Shown here piece after piece: positions 50,720-63,689 of a stretch of 64,000 bases of DNA. Under the pieces are notes generated by a model. The model worked only from the letters and a program-made list of their open reading frames with translations, had not been told where the DNA came from and did not search any database. A program made the translations under genes and the position numbers. Origin of the DNA: Hemiscyllium ocellatum (lineage: Eukaryota); assembly GCF_020745735.1 (NCBI RefSeq), contig NC_083443.1:21255006-21319005 (forward strand), given 5' to 3'. The first letter of the stretch is position 1; every line of letters begins with the position of its first letter.

Positions 50720-52185
50720 AGAAGCTATTATTTAAAGAAAATATATTGCAAGCACTTAAGACTTAGATAAGTTCAAGATAATCAGACAAAATCATCATCT
50801 TTGAAAGGATGATCTTTTCACACCAAACTATTTGAGGAGGTAACATGTGCTGTTGATAAAGAAGAATCTATGGATATTCTAAACCTAAATTTCCAGAACA
50901 TAATCAATAAATTGACAAGGTTATTGGGGGAAATAAAATCTTGTGGTGTAATGGGTATTGGCACGAACAGAAGATTGGCTGGCTAATGGGAAGTAGAGAG
51001 TCAGCATAAATGGGTGTTTTATAGGTTAGCAAGATGTAACTTGTGATGTAATGTGCTATGGGCTTGGTGCTGGGACTGCAATGGTTTGTAATTTAATTCA
51101 ATGATTTGGCTGAAGGGATGCAGGGAAAATGTGAGGACTGCAGATGCTTCAGATGAGTCAAAGAGTGTGGTGCTGGAAGAGCACAGCAGGTCAGGCAACA
51201 TCCGAGGAACAGGAGAATCGATGTTTTGGGCATGAGCCTTTTATCAGGAATTCCTGATGAAGGGCTTATGCCCAAAATGTTGCTCTCCTCCTTGGATGCT
51301 GTCTGACCTGTGCTCTTCCAGCACCACACACTCAACTCTGAAGGAATGCAAGTAATGGTTGTAAAATTTGCTGATGACACACTAAGGAAGGTCGAAAGTT
51401 ATGAAAAGAACGTAAGAACACTGCAAAGAGGTAGAGATAGGCTAAGCAAGTAGCAGAGATCTGGAAAATGGAATATAATATCGCAAAATGTGAAATTGTC
51501 CATTTTTGGCAGGAGAATAAACGAAGCATATTATCTCAGTGCTGAGCTCTGAGATTCAGATGGTTTAGGTGTCCTCATGCATGGATTGTAATGGTTAGCA
51601 GACGCATGTTTAGGAACACCAATAGCATGTTATCACACAGAGAATTTAGTCCAATGCAGGCAGGTGGTGAGACCAAATCTGGAGTAGTGTATCCTGCTCA
51701 CCTTGTGTAAGAAAGGATGTAAATACATTAGAAGCAGTTTAGAGTAGGTTTACTAGACAATACTGGACAAGTGAAGTGCCTGATGAGGAAATAATGGACA
51801 AGCTGGGTTTGCAAACGGTGTCTTGCTTGGAAGATACAAGATCCTGAGGGTTTTGATGTGGAGGAGATGCTTCCTCTTGTGGATGAATTAAGAATTTGGA
51901 GCCCTTGTTTAAAGAACGGAAATTGTCTTTTAAAACAGCGATGAAGTGAACTTATTTCTCTGATGGTTGAGTGTTGTTGAAACACTTCATGAAAAGGTAC
52001 TAGAAGCAGAGTCCTTGAATATTTTAAGGCAAATTTCGATAGAATCTTTTTAAGCAAGAGGGTGAAAGGTTATCATAGGAACGTGGCAGTGCGGATCTGA
52101 GGTAATAATTTGATCAGCCATGAATAATGGAATAGGCTTGAGGTGCTGAATGGTCTACTCCACTTCCTTACTCATATGTTCATCT
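50720..52185 (+). mobile_element. Old CR1 RT-to-3' fragment interrupted by a Penelope palindrome
   Basis: VVKFADDTL, WKMEYNIAKCEIVHFWQENK; GAATGGTCTACTCC tail. Confidence 0.82.
51123..51337. mobile_element. Inverted pair of Penelope-like terminal repeats (family B)
   Basis: Symmetry axis ATCAGGAA|TTCCTGAT at 51250/51251; TSD CTGAAGG(G/A)ATGCA at 51110-51122 and 51338-51350. Confidence 0.9.
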
Positions 52186-52462
52186 TGTTGTAGGAACAAC
52201 CCAAATGCTCTACCAATGTTTAGTGCTTGTTTTTCAACCTCAACATGCTCTAAAACTTCTAAATTCCTTGCAGGGAAGGTTTTTTTACTTCCACAGCAAC
52301 AGACTTACTACCATCACCTGCAGGGTTTGAGTGATTCTAAGGGATTGCAGTACTAAAGCACTAACTTGAAATAAGGCACTGTAAAATGGTTCCTACAAGA
52401 AACGATCTTCTCACTGGCTTTATAATGATTTCTCTGCCTCAACTTCAAGTAGCTGAAGGCCA

Positions 52463-52812
52463 GAGGCAGATGACAGCACAGTGATATGTCTCTGCATGGG
52501 AATCTCGCGATCCACATTAACAGCCTGTGACATGGGTTTGAATTCCACCATAGCAGCTGGTGGAAATTAAATTCAGTTATTAACATCTGAAAGCAAAAGC
52601 AATTGTTGTGACTCGTCTTGATTTCTGCAAAAAAAAACTCATTTTGTTCTCTGATATCCTTTAAAGGGAGGAATCTGTTTTATATGTGACTTCAGATCCA
52701 CAGAAATGTACAGAAGTTTCCTAGAAGATATTCAGTTCAATGGCAATTAGGAATGGACAACAAATGCTGACCTTGCAAGCGCCCCACATTAATGTGAAAA
52801 ATCATTTTAAAA
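52463..52812 (+). mobile_element. Full-length but old tRNA-SINE of the 38393-head family
   Basis: GGGTTTGAATTCCACCATAGCAGCTGGTGGAAATTAAATTCA head; TTCAGTTCAATGGCAATTAGGAATGGACAACAAATGCTGACC tail. Confidence 0.78.
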
Positions 52813-53329
52813 ATGTTTTTTTACTGGCTTGAAAATGGCCTCTTTACTTATAATTGAACAAAGGCCAGGCCTACAGATGCTTTAGTTTTGATTGGAAGAC
52901 TGCAGAGTCAGCCTTTTGAAAGGTAAGTACTCTGGCCTGTATTTTGCACAAAAAAGCCCTGAGACAAGCAAGTGCCTCTTCTACACTGACCCTAAAATAG
53001 ACTCTTTGCTTTACCAAATGTAAGACTATACAGTCAGTGGCTGGAACTCCAAAGTTAAAAATCAGCTTGCAGACTCGAGAAATGGATTTTGTCTTCACAG
53101 AATGGGCCTCAACTTCTTTCTTTCAAAAAAAAATGTATTGCTTTTGATTTTCCTGAGAACTTTGCTTCAGAATTTCTTGTTTAAAAAAAAAACAATTCTC
53201 TCAAATGTAGGCAGACCTATCTAATTGCATTTGTTTCAAAATTAGTGAGATTGGGTAATTGACTTAACATCAGATCAATGATGAACAACATGAAATAAAA
53301 CAACGATAGTGTGCAGATTTTAATATCCT

Positions 53330-54138
53330 CCATCAGAGGACCCATCTTCCTGGTATGCACACTATCTAATTCTTTCTAGATCTTGTGTGTTTTATTCAGA
53401 TCACCTCACTTTCTTCTAAACTCTGGATATACCTGATAAGTCCTCCATCTCGGGAATGGCTGAGCAAACCTGGTCTGAAGAGTTTGTGAAATGATTACAG
53501 ATGTCTCACTTGCCCTGTTCAGATCTATTATGACACATAGCTGGAGCAGACTTGATGCTGGAACTCCTGGCCCAGAGGTAGGGAAAATGCTACTGTGCTA
53601 CAAAACCCCTCCTCTTTAAATCAATTATATCGTTTTTTTAAAAAAAGGAGACAAGCATCGTTTCAATGTTCGTCAGTTCTTATCATCTCTTGATTTTTCA
53701 ATAATCTTTAGAATGCTTTCCAAGTCTTCTACGCTGAAGACAGAAATGCAACACCTCCACTATTTCTTTGTTTTGCATCGTCAATTCCCATGGCTCTTTC
53801 TCGAAGATCAACACCATCTCATACCCTGATAGTTACTTATGTTCAGGTTGAAAGTTTATGTCATGGACCCACATTTCTCCCTCTCAAACTGAACATGAAA
53901 TTATCTTAGTTTATTAGCACTGAGACTTAGATGCTGCTTTACCAGAAGAGTGTTGATTAATCCTGTATCATTGTATATTATCAAGTGTAGGATAGCCTGC
54001 TCCCTGCTTGGCTGTAGAACATACTGCTAGAAGAAATTTTCATAGTAACAGCTTGTGAATGCATTTTTCAATCTGTCTTTGCCAATCTAATTTGCTAAAT
54101 CTATATGTAAATTGACATAATCCATTATTATTCGGTAC
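53330..54138 (-). mobile_element. Very old CR1 remnants, continuing after the L1 at 57041-~57420
   Basis: Patchy CR1-like similarity; LPLSNRFKA motif at ~57400; GGTAC.TTT duplicated around the L1. Confidence 0.5.
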
Positions 54139-54559
54139 TTTTGTTTGTAAATATATTTATTTGCGAATTTTTTTTAACTTTATAAACATAAAATTATTGA
54201 AAAATACAATCAATAACAAATATCAGTATAATAAAAACAAATAAAACACATATTACAATACAAGTACTGTCTACCAACTACTAATCTACCCTATAATACA
54301 AAACAAATCCTAACACTCTGCAAACCAACACCAAAAAAAAGCAAAAAAAAACAAATAAACCACAAAATACAGAACAGCTATGCTTGGCGCAAAGCTCCCA
54401 AACAAAGAAACTGGAGCATTGTATATATATCGGTATTAACTCAGGAGACCCCTTCTAGGGCCCAGGGCTTGACAATCTAACCATCCTGGTTAAACTAACG
54501 CCTTAGTTAAGATAACTGATGAATCTATATCCAAATAACTCAAGTAGGGCTGCCATGTC

Positions 54560-54901
54560 TTATTTAAATGGTTTGTTGTGTGGTGCACCATGTTTGTAAA
54601 GAAAAAAGTCCGAGGAAATGTGCTCCATAATTAATTTCTGCCATCCCAACAAGCCCGGCAGGTTCTCAGACACCCAATTCATCAGAATATTCTTCCGTGC
54701 ACAGTATGTAAGAATATTAAATAGTTTCTTCCCATGCCCATCAAAAGATGGTAAATTCGGTAGACCTAAGATGAGAGCGATCGGGTCTATTTTGACTTCA
54801 GTCCTCAATACCCTCTCTATCTCTCCCGCCACAGTGCTCCAATAAACACAGAGCCTGTGGCATGTCCAGAAGCAATGGGTAAGAGTACCTACACTTATTT
54901 T
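54560..54901 (-). pseudogene. L1 ORF2 C-terminal cysteine-rich fragment
   Basis: VGTLTHCFWTCHRLCVYWSTVAGEIERVL...LTYCARKNILMNW. Confidence 0.85.
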
Positions 54902-54986
54902 AGGTACTCTTATTTTAAGAGTACCTATTTATTTTAGGTACTTATTTTAAGTACCTTATTTTACTTAAAGGTACTTATTTTAAGTA
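54880..54986. repeat. Scrambled direct and inverted micro-repeats at the L1 deletion junction
   Basis: Repeated TAAGAGTACCT / AGGTACTCTTA / TTATTTT units. Confidence 0.9.
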
Positions 54987-55418
54987 ATAATCCCCCACTA
55001 TAATAATGTGCTGTGTTCCAAAATCACTCAACTTAGAGAAAGCACTAATCAAAAATTTGAGGGGATGCGCTGGAGGACAATAGACATTTAAAATGCCATA
55101 TTCCTCCCCATTTATCAGGGCTTTAAGTATCACAAACCGTCACTGCTCATCTTTCACCTACTCTAATAATGTGAACAGCAGATTTTTCTGGATAAGTACT
55201 GCTACTCCCCTACTTTTAGTAGTAAAGGATAAAAATAATACCTGATTATAACCCCCCTGTTGTAATTTCAGGTTTTCCCCATCATCAAGATAGGTTTCCT
55301 GCAACAAAACAATATCAACCCTTTCCCTCTTAAGGCGAGAAAGTACTTTTTCTCTTTTTATAGGCGAATGACTTCCCTTAATGTTCCAGGTGCGTCATTT
55401 AATAAGATACTTAGCCAT
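54985..55418 (-). pseudogene. L1 ORF2 N-terminal APE endonuclease fragment
   Basis: MAKYLIK*RTWNIKGSHSPIKREKVL...IVLLQETYL...SRGVAVLI...LNVYCPP...IIIVGD. Confidence 0.88.
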
Positions 55419-56053
55419 ATCCCCTTTCAGAGACCCTTGAAACCCTTAGAGGGAGAACCCTGCTTATGAAGCGCCGAGCATAGGTAATAAAGACTCATAG
55501 AATCGAAAAACTATATATACAAAAACTACTCTCTCATAACTATAAACAGCTATTACTACCAAAAAGCTACAAAGAAAACCAACTATAAAACCTTGACTCT
55601 TCCCTTTGTCCATAGGGGTCACTCACCCTACCCATCCCCTCCTTCACAGCTCCTTCAAACCAAGACTGTGCCCCAACCTTAGGCCAGAAAATAAAAACAA
55701 GGAGATGATCCTTAAATCAACAGAAAAAAGATAGTCAAGGTGAGCACTCCACCCATCTCTGGCTTCATGTCACCCCTACAAACCAAACCAAAAACAAATT
55801 GGGGGAGAGACAACAAAGAACATTCACAAAATTTCCCATCAGAAAATCCAGTTATTTTTAAAAAAGAACAACTTATTTCAAGGTCTTTTCCCCCCTTTCC
55901 AAAAAGGAATTTATTAGTGTGAGATGTATATTGCACATTAGGGAGAAAGAAAGGAATAAAAAAAGGAAGAGAAAACATGGTGAAAGATAGAAAGAGCACA
56001 TACATTAACCGTATTCTTCAGGCCAATCATCTACTTTAAAGTGTCCACAAAGT

Positions 56054-56623
56054 TTAAGCTTTATCTGCTGAGTTAAATGTATAAACTGAGTCCTCATGGC
56101 TGAAACGAAGCACTGTGGGGTATCTCATGGAGTACTGGATGCCGAGGTTCCTCAGCCACTTTTTAACTTCATCGAAGGACTTCCTCTTTTGAACTACAGC
56201 TGCAGAGAAATCCTGGATAAACATGATTTTTGACCACTTATACAGCAGTAACTGCGGATCTTTTCCCAGAGATCTGGAAACTTTTTGCTTGCCCTTACAT
56301 GAGTGGAAGTGCACTAGGACTGGGCGGGGGTGCCACACCGGCCCTGACCTGTGCACTGTAACCTGATAAACCCTTTCAATCTGTAGCCTGCTGGACTCGA
56401 TGTGAAGGCCCAAAAACTTCAGCAGCCAGTTTTCAAAAAAGTTGACTGGCTGCTCACCTTCCTCATCTTCAGGGAGCCCAACAATTAGGAGATTTATCCT
56501 CCGACCTCGATTTGCGAGGTCATCGATATGGTCTTGCAAGGCTCGCACCTCTCGCTCCATCACCTGGATCCAACTGGATGAGGACTCCATCGCAGCTCCT
56601 GAGGCCTTTGTTCGACCCTCCAC
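56054..56623 (-). pseudogene. L1 ORF1p (coiled coil, RRM, CTD); N-terminus disrupted upstream
   Basis: LQDHIDDLANRGRRINLLIVGLPEDEEG...IERVYQV...PRPVLVHFH...FIQDFSAAVVQKRKSF...YSMRYPTVLR. Confidence 0.9.
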
Positions 56624-57019
56624 CTCCTCTAGCTGCTCCCCGAGGCCCTGGATCTCCTACTCGTGCTTCTGCAGCATGGATGCAATAGGTTGGACCTGGG
56701 CACAAATCTCCTCAATTGCAGTCCCAACTTTCAAGGTAAGTCTCTCCATCGCCGCAGCCAATTCCTGATCCCTGGGGGGGTTCATGAGAGGCTGCTAATG
56801 CTGCAGTCTCTGGTATGCCTGGTGCTGCAGGGGAGTATCCTCCCTGCTGCTGTTTGCTCGCTCGTTTTCCCTTTGGCATCCTTCCCAAATATTAACAAAT
56901 ATGTGATCTGTAAGATTTTAAACTAATACTTCCACCACACATGTTGGCCAGGGATGGCAAAAAAACACCAGTATGCCTTGGCTGTTGGGCAGAACTGTCC
57001 CCAGCTGTTCTACAGAATC

Positions 57020-57031
57020 GCCGCCATCTTG
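57020..57031 (-). promoter_or_regulatory. YY1-type motif CAAGATGGCGGC at the L1 5' end
   Basis: Plus-strand GCCGCCATCTTG about 8 nt inside the element end. Confidence 0.65.
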
Positions 57032-59109
57032 CCAAGTCCAGGTACATTTCTTACCTTGCTCATTTATTTCTTCCAGGATGCCCTGTCTTACACTGTAAAA
57101 ATTGTTAGATATGTATAAACTACTCCCATAGTGACTTCACCATATTTCTTATCTCTATCAAAATAATTCTACATCTCCATTTTTCAACTTAAGATCACCT
57201 CCCCATACCAAACTCATGCTATACTTAATTCAAAGAGCTCATCTGTCACTTTTTCCTGGTTTTCTGTAGAGAAGCTACTGCCATGTCTCCTACTATAACT
57301 ATATTAACTATCTCTGCTTGAATGGTGCTATGGTCAGTCCCTTCAGCTACCCTGCAGCCCCTGCTCTCACCCCTACATGCTGAATGGGCCTTGAACCTGT
57401 TAGACAATGGCAAACACTGAAGTTCCTCTAATTTTGGACAAAAGGACAGTGTGACTTTGATGTGAAACAAGCTGGATAATTTAAAGTAAGGTCTTGTTGT
57501 ATCAATGTTTCCTTTAATACCTTACATAAGTTGTTATTGAGGTCAGATCAACATTTGAAAATGAATTAGAGCTGATTCAGTGGTTAAGCTTTGCTGGTAA
57601 AGAAATACCTAATCTTACTCATTTAAATGGATAGAATAGTTTTATGTGGTGTTGAATTTGCAACCAGTCTGAAATGCTGATGAAATTTGAAAGTTTACTG
57701 ACGAGGAAACCGGTCCTTGGGTCAAAACAGGCAAGTATGTAATGATATTGGGAAAAGAAGGAAAATTTGGATTTAATCGCTCTGTTATAAAGTTAGGTTA
57801 TTTCTGTGCGTGTGGGATGGTATTGTCTCCTATAATTAAATTTCAAGAGTGGTGTGTTTGTTTCCCTGGACTTTGGATTTCTTTTTTCTGTAGATCATGT
57901 GAGAAAGATTAAACTTTGAAGTAGCAAAGGCCAAAGTTCAAAGCAAACACTATTAGTGTGTTGTTTTTGAAGATAGATCTTCCTTCTTAGCTTGAAGGTG
58001 GTGACCGAGCATAGTTGGAGAACATTGCTGAATATTGTGATGCAGCATTGTGTGATGAGTACTAAGTTATTGAAGTCTTATTTTCCTTAAAATGCCAGCA
58101 TCCATCACTATAATTCATTCAATTATTATATAACTTAATCTGTCGTGAAGACCTGCGAATTTATATTATCTGGCCTTAATGTCGATACTGATTTCAGCGA
58201 ACTGCCATCATTATTGTTCATGGAATTAAATTAAAATAGTGCAAATGTCTAATCTTTGACCCAATTAGTAACTGTGGAACATGTAACATTTTAGTTTTTA
58301 TTGCACTTTATAATCTATCATGCATTTCTATGAAGCATTAATATAATACATAATTTGAATAATAAGGCACTTACAGCTACATTATACAAAAGATCTTGGT
58401 ACTTGCAACCCTGTAATTTTAAAACTTGCTAGAATAAAGGAAGTTTTTATAAGCAAGGCAGCTTAAGTGCCAAAATATACTCATTGCATTGAACTATGAT
58501 GGTGTGTAGGACTATTTGCAATTCTAACAGAACCCTATGTTATAATTCATGTAAGTATTATGTTGTATTAAACAAAGACTTATAATTTTGAAGCTAGGTG
58601 GTTTCCAAATTGAAATCATTCAACACAGTGGTAGAAACAGTTATCATAGCCAAGTTTAAGTGAAATAAATATAAATACAACAGTTGAATCATTTACTTTA
58701 TGCTATTTCTCTGATTCTCATCAAGACTTTAAGGAGTCACTATTTTAATCAGAGTTATGGGGGAATGATTCTAATTCAGTTTAGTGACTTGTAGCATTTT
58801 GTTTTCTGAACGAAGAACATGTGAAGAGCATTGAAATCTCTTTTCTGTCATAATAACTGTGTCAGAAGTGGGGACTGAATAATAAACCAGAACAAGGAGA
58901 CACTTCCATGGATGTTAGGGCAATTTTATTAAGTTATACAAGTTATATGTAAGGCAACTGCTGACCTAGTTCAAATGTTTCTTGTTCCAACTGACATCAG
59001 ACCTGTGGAGCAGATGGCTTCGGACTCTTCTCTCACCTCTCACTTGAGCATTATATGTGTGCAAGAAATCTCTTTGGATCGGTCCTTTTTATCCTTCTGT
59101 CAATTCCTC

Positions 59110-59253
59110 TCTCAGTACTTGCAGCTCCAGACCTACAGCAATGTGACTCTTAACTGCCCCTGAAATGGCCTGGCCAGCCATTCAGTTCAAGATCTATTAG
59201 GTACAGGAACAAATGCTGGGCCTTGTTAGTGACACACATCCCATTAAAGAATT
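59110..59253 (+). mobile_element. 3' part of a tRNA-SINE (38393-head family)
   Basis: CTCCAGACCTACAGCAATGTGACTCTTAACTGCCCCTGAAATGGCCTGGCCAGCCATTCAGTTCAAG...AAATGCTGGGCC. Confidence 0.75.
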
Positions 59254-62200
59254 GCGTACTTGAAATTAATATACTAAATACTAATTTGATTTTGCTGACA
59301 GGTTTTTGAGATATCATACTTTTGTCACTTTGAAAACATTTCATGCATCAATTTTAAAATGCACAGTCTTAAACGTTAACAATGCATAATAAATTTGAAA
59401 TTTTAAATTGAATAGTTTTTCCACCTGTAGTTACCCAGATGTGTGCATTACATAATTATTCAAATGATTCAAAATAATTTAATTGCCTATGATTAAGTGA
59501 AAAGTGAATGGAAGTATGATAACATTTATAAAAAGACAAACTAAATCAAAGAAGACTGTTAAAAGAAGGAGACTTTACAAGTGATCAGACAGCAACTAAT
59601 TTGGTGAATGATAATTTGGAAACCAATAAAAGTTTGTTTTTGTTTGTGCTCAAAATGTTTGGAATTAGTGTGTGCACATCAGTGTTTCTAAAGTTGATGA
59701 TTGATTCGGGGTGTACCAGAGCTTTGACATTTTTATAAAGTACTTCCACATTGGTGGCTAGTTTGCCGTGCAGCACTTCTATTACATATTGGGTTGCAGC
59801 ACCTTAAGCATACTAGTACATGTAAGCTGCTGTGTTCCAGTGGCATTTTTGAATTGCACTGCTCTTTTGCATTATCTCGCCACAACGGAGGTTTGTAGAT
59901 TGAAAATGTAAGTTGATAACACTTCCAAGAGGGTGCACATTGCACGTTGGTTGTCATTAAAATGCAACATTGCACTGAGCTCAAGTTTACTCCACCTGCT
60001 GTGAATTTTTAAGACGTGCAGCTGCACAGTGGAAGTGGTTTTATATGTTTGCCCTTTTATGATGTTAAGAATCAGATTGCCCAGCTACCACTCAAGTTGT
60101 TGTGCTGCCTTTGCTTTGATATGCATCCAAAAACACTTAACTTTTGTGGGAGAGTGGAACTATAACTCACAATAACCTTTCAGATTTGGATTGTCACAGA
60201 ACAGGAAATAAAGTTTGCTTACTACTTGGTGGATGGTGGCAAGTGACTCAAATCATAATACAATCCAAAACAATTTATTTTTTTCAAAAAGAGGCCAAGC
60301 GAGTAATATTGGTAACTGAATTGTTTCCACTTTTGTCATTTTTGACTTCCATTGCTAACACTTTATTTCAACTTTTGTTTACAGTGCATTTTGATAGGAA
60401 GGCAGACAGACTGACTTTGAACTATATAAACGCTATTTTTACACCACTACAAATGGGCCTCTGCAAATCAACAGCTGGATGAAATGCTCATCTTACTCCA
60501 GAATTTTAGTTGGAATAGAATGAGCGATGGCAGTGATGTCAACTAAGCTTACATTTTCCTGTTCTTCTATGACTGATAAATGTGCAAAGACCATATGGAG
60601 TTTATCTGCAAGTCGTCTTATTGCAGACAATGGTCAGGCTTTTAAGCCCCAAGGGCCCTAAAAACAAAGCTAACCTAGTTGCTGCTTGGTGACTGTCATT
60701 GCTGGTCGACTACCTGTCAGTTCTCAGTTTTGCTGATGTGTGGAACAACGTCAGCCTGATGTCTGAAGTCACTCACCATTATCATTAACCAGAGATGCCT
60801 CCAGAGTGAGTCTGGTTAAAAAGATGCTCAGAATACTGGTGTAAAAGGAATAGTTGTAAGCATGAGGAAATTACAAGGGATTCGTTAGTAATTTAGATTT
60901 CAGATTGGATAAATCATTCTTCCAAAATATGTTTTCAGAACTATTCCTGTGGTTTTAATTTTCGTGATATGCACGTAAATGCAGTTTTCTTTTCTCCCTT
61001 TGATTATAGCATTTTAAACTGTAAAGGGCTGTTATTATGGTGAAATAATCCACTAGTACATTTGTGTGTTTCAAAGTATACCACGTTTATCCTTCTCATG
61101 AAACATTATGTAACTGAAACCATAGTACTCAAATTGAATTCAAAGCTGCATCTACCCCATGAGTGTAATCTTTCTTTCCCAGTTGACTATTTTTCTTATT
61201 CTCAATTCAGGTTAATTTGAAAAAATGTACAATGAGAATCTAGTAATTCATTTTTCGAAAGAATAAAAATTGTGAATCAGGCACAAATTGTAAAAGAACA
61301 GCGGACCTGATTATCCTTCATTAGATTTGCTTGGTGAACTGTTCTGACACCTGTCTGCCAGGCTTCTCCCTAAATGCCATAGCTGATCCTTCTTTACTGC
61401 CAGTCACATGGCAGCCAGAGCGAAATCGTGGGTGGGAATTAAAAGGCTCGAGTGAACCTTGTCAGAGTTGACAATCCATATAACATAACATAAAAGGCTA
61501 CATTAAACGAAAAAGAGGAGAGACCATTTACATGCATGCTGAGGTTATTTGCGGTTTGTTGAAACAGATCGCTGGTTGAGGGGGATAAAAACTCATTGTG
61601 TACATGTTCTGGTGCAGCTGTAAGGCATGAGTAATGATTTAAACCTGACTGCAAAAAAGGCAAACTTTATCTTGGTGTTTGAAACCCAAGCTGCCTTTGG
61701 AAAAAAATCTCTTTTCATTTGAACCATCTGGTTACTTCTTGTTTACAGCACACTATGCCAGTTTGCGCTTATTAATCATGCTTACACAGGTATCTTAATT
61801 ACTCCCTGTGTAGCTGCTCTGTCTTGAACTCAGAAGTTGACCTTTCTCTTTTTATTCCTTTAAATCATTAATCATACATAATCAACGCCATCGGGGCAGA
61901 GCTACAGAGAAGACTGGCTAGACTTCTTTGGCACACACTATCCCCAAACAGGCACGTAGAATGAGTACATTGCTAGCAGTCAGGCGTGTCTTAATTAATG
62001 ACTTACATACACCAAAAGAGTAATGTAAGGTGACTGCCTTTTTCTTCAGCTTTCCAGTCAGTAAAATTACTATTTTAATGCAATTTGTTATCTTCAGATC
62101 ATAAAGTGTTGCTGCTTTTCTCTTTTTTTGAAAAAGTGGGTGTTGTGTGTTCTGGAAAAAAAAGATCTAAAATAGATCATGCTTAAATCGTAGTCTCTAC

Positions 62201-62382
62201 AGAATTAGACTACCAATATTGGCCCTCTCAAAAACAGCAATTGATACAGAGACACAAAAATGGCAATGTTTACAGGAATTATAATATAAAATCTACCTGA
62301 ATAAATTATGAATGTTCTAGTGTTTGTAGTCAAAGCTTATTTTTAATATTTTTTTCTCCAATCAATAGGATGTACCTGTCTC

Positions 62383-63685
62383 TTTTTAATTCATTCATCA
62401 TTTATTGCCAATCCCTAATTACCTTTGAGACCTCCATGTGGAGCTGCTTCCTTAAACTGCTGCAGTCCATTTTGTATAGGTTAGAGAGGTAGTTCCAGGA
62501 TTTTTCACCCAGAAACCGTGAGGGAATGTCAATATACTCCCAAGTCAGGTGGTGAGTGGCTTGGAGAGAATGATGTTTGCATGTATTTGCTACTCTTGTC
62601 CTTCCTGTGCTTTCTCAGGAACTTGGTAAATTTCTGGCATGCGTCTTGAAATGGTACGCACTGGTGGAGGGAGTGAAAATTTGTGGATAGAGTATTAATC
62701 AGGCTGCTCTGTCTCAGATGGTATCAAGCTCTTGAGTGTTGGTGGAGCTGCACTCATCCAGACAAGTGAAGTATTCTGTCACAATTTTAGCTTGTCTTTT
62801 GTAAGTAATAGACAGGTTTTAGGAGTTAGGAGGTGAGTCCCTCGGGATTCTTAGCCTCTGACCTGCTGTTGTAGCCGTAGTATTTATGTGGGTAGTTCAG
62901 TTCAGTTTTTAGTCAATGATAACCCCCAGGATTTTGGTAGTTAGGGATTTAGGGATATTAATACCATTGCATGTCCCAGGTTGAAGATTAGATTCTCTAT
63001 TGTTAGTGATGTCTTTGCCTGGCACCTTTGTAGCATGCATGTTACTTGCCAATTGTCAATCCAAGTCTTGATGCCATCCTGGTTATGCTCATTTGGACAC
63101 GGACTGCTCCAGTATTTAGCAGTCATGAATGATACTGAACCGTATGGAATCATCAGTGAGCAACACCACTCTTGTGTATGTGATTGAGGAAAGTTCATTG
63201 ATGATATAGCTGTAGTAGGTTGGGCCCAGAAAGATGCCCTGAAGAACTCCTGCAATGATATCCTGGAGCTGAGATAATTGACTTTGAACAAGTGCAATCA
63301 TCTTCCTTTGGGTCAGGTATGACCCCAACTAGCGGAGCACTTTCCCAAAATGATTTCCATTGTTTCTACTTTTCCAAGGATTCATTGATGTTATATTTGG
63401 CCAGGTATGGCTCTGGTGTCAAGGGCAATGATTCTCATATCACCTCTGGAAATCCGCTTTCTCATCCATGTTTGAACTTAAGCTATATTGAAGACAGAAG
63501 CTGTGTGGCCCTGGCAAAACTCAGAATGACTGCCAATGAGCAGATTTCTCTTAAGCAAGTCCTGTTAATGACCCCTTCCATCACTTTATGATAAACATAA
63601 GTCTGATGGGGTGACAATTGTTTGGATTTGGATTTGTCCTGCTATTTGTGCACAGGAAATACCTGGGTAATTTTCCACAACGTCA
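62383..63685 (-). mobile_element. CR1/L2-group LINE RT and 3' end
   Basis: SYLTQRKMIALVQSQLSQLQDIIAGVLQGIFLGPTYYSYIINEL...LTDD; tail CATTTATTGCCAATCCCTAATT on plus strand. Confidence 0.87.
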
Positions 63686-63689
63686 GATA

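Larger units (their letters stand above)
54139..57040 (-). mobile_element. L1-clade LINE with both ends, ORF1 and an internally deleted ORF2
   Basis: 5' GGACTTGGCAAGATGGCGGC; ORF1; APE; C-terminal HCFWTC knuckle; T-rich 3' UTR; TSD GGTAC(T/A)TTT at 54134-54142 and 57041-57049. Confidence 0.9.

Noticed and set aside
52877-52928. Strong donor AAG|GTAAGT with a possible 46-nt exon
   Set aside because: Poor acceptor and unrecognisable peptide
54880-54986. CRISPR-like or minisatellite array
   Set aside because: Units are irregular, in both orientations and copied from the adjacent L1 sequence; eukaryotic context
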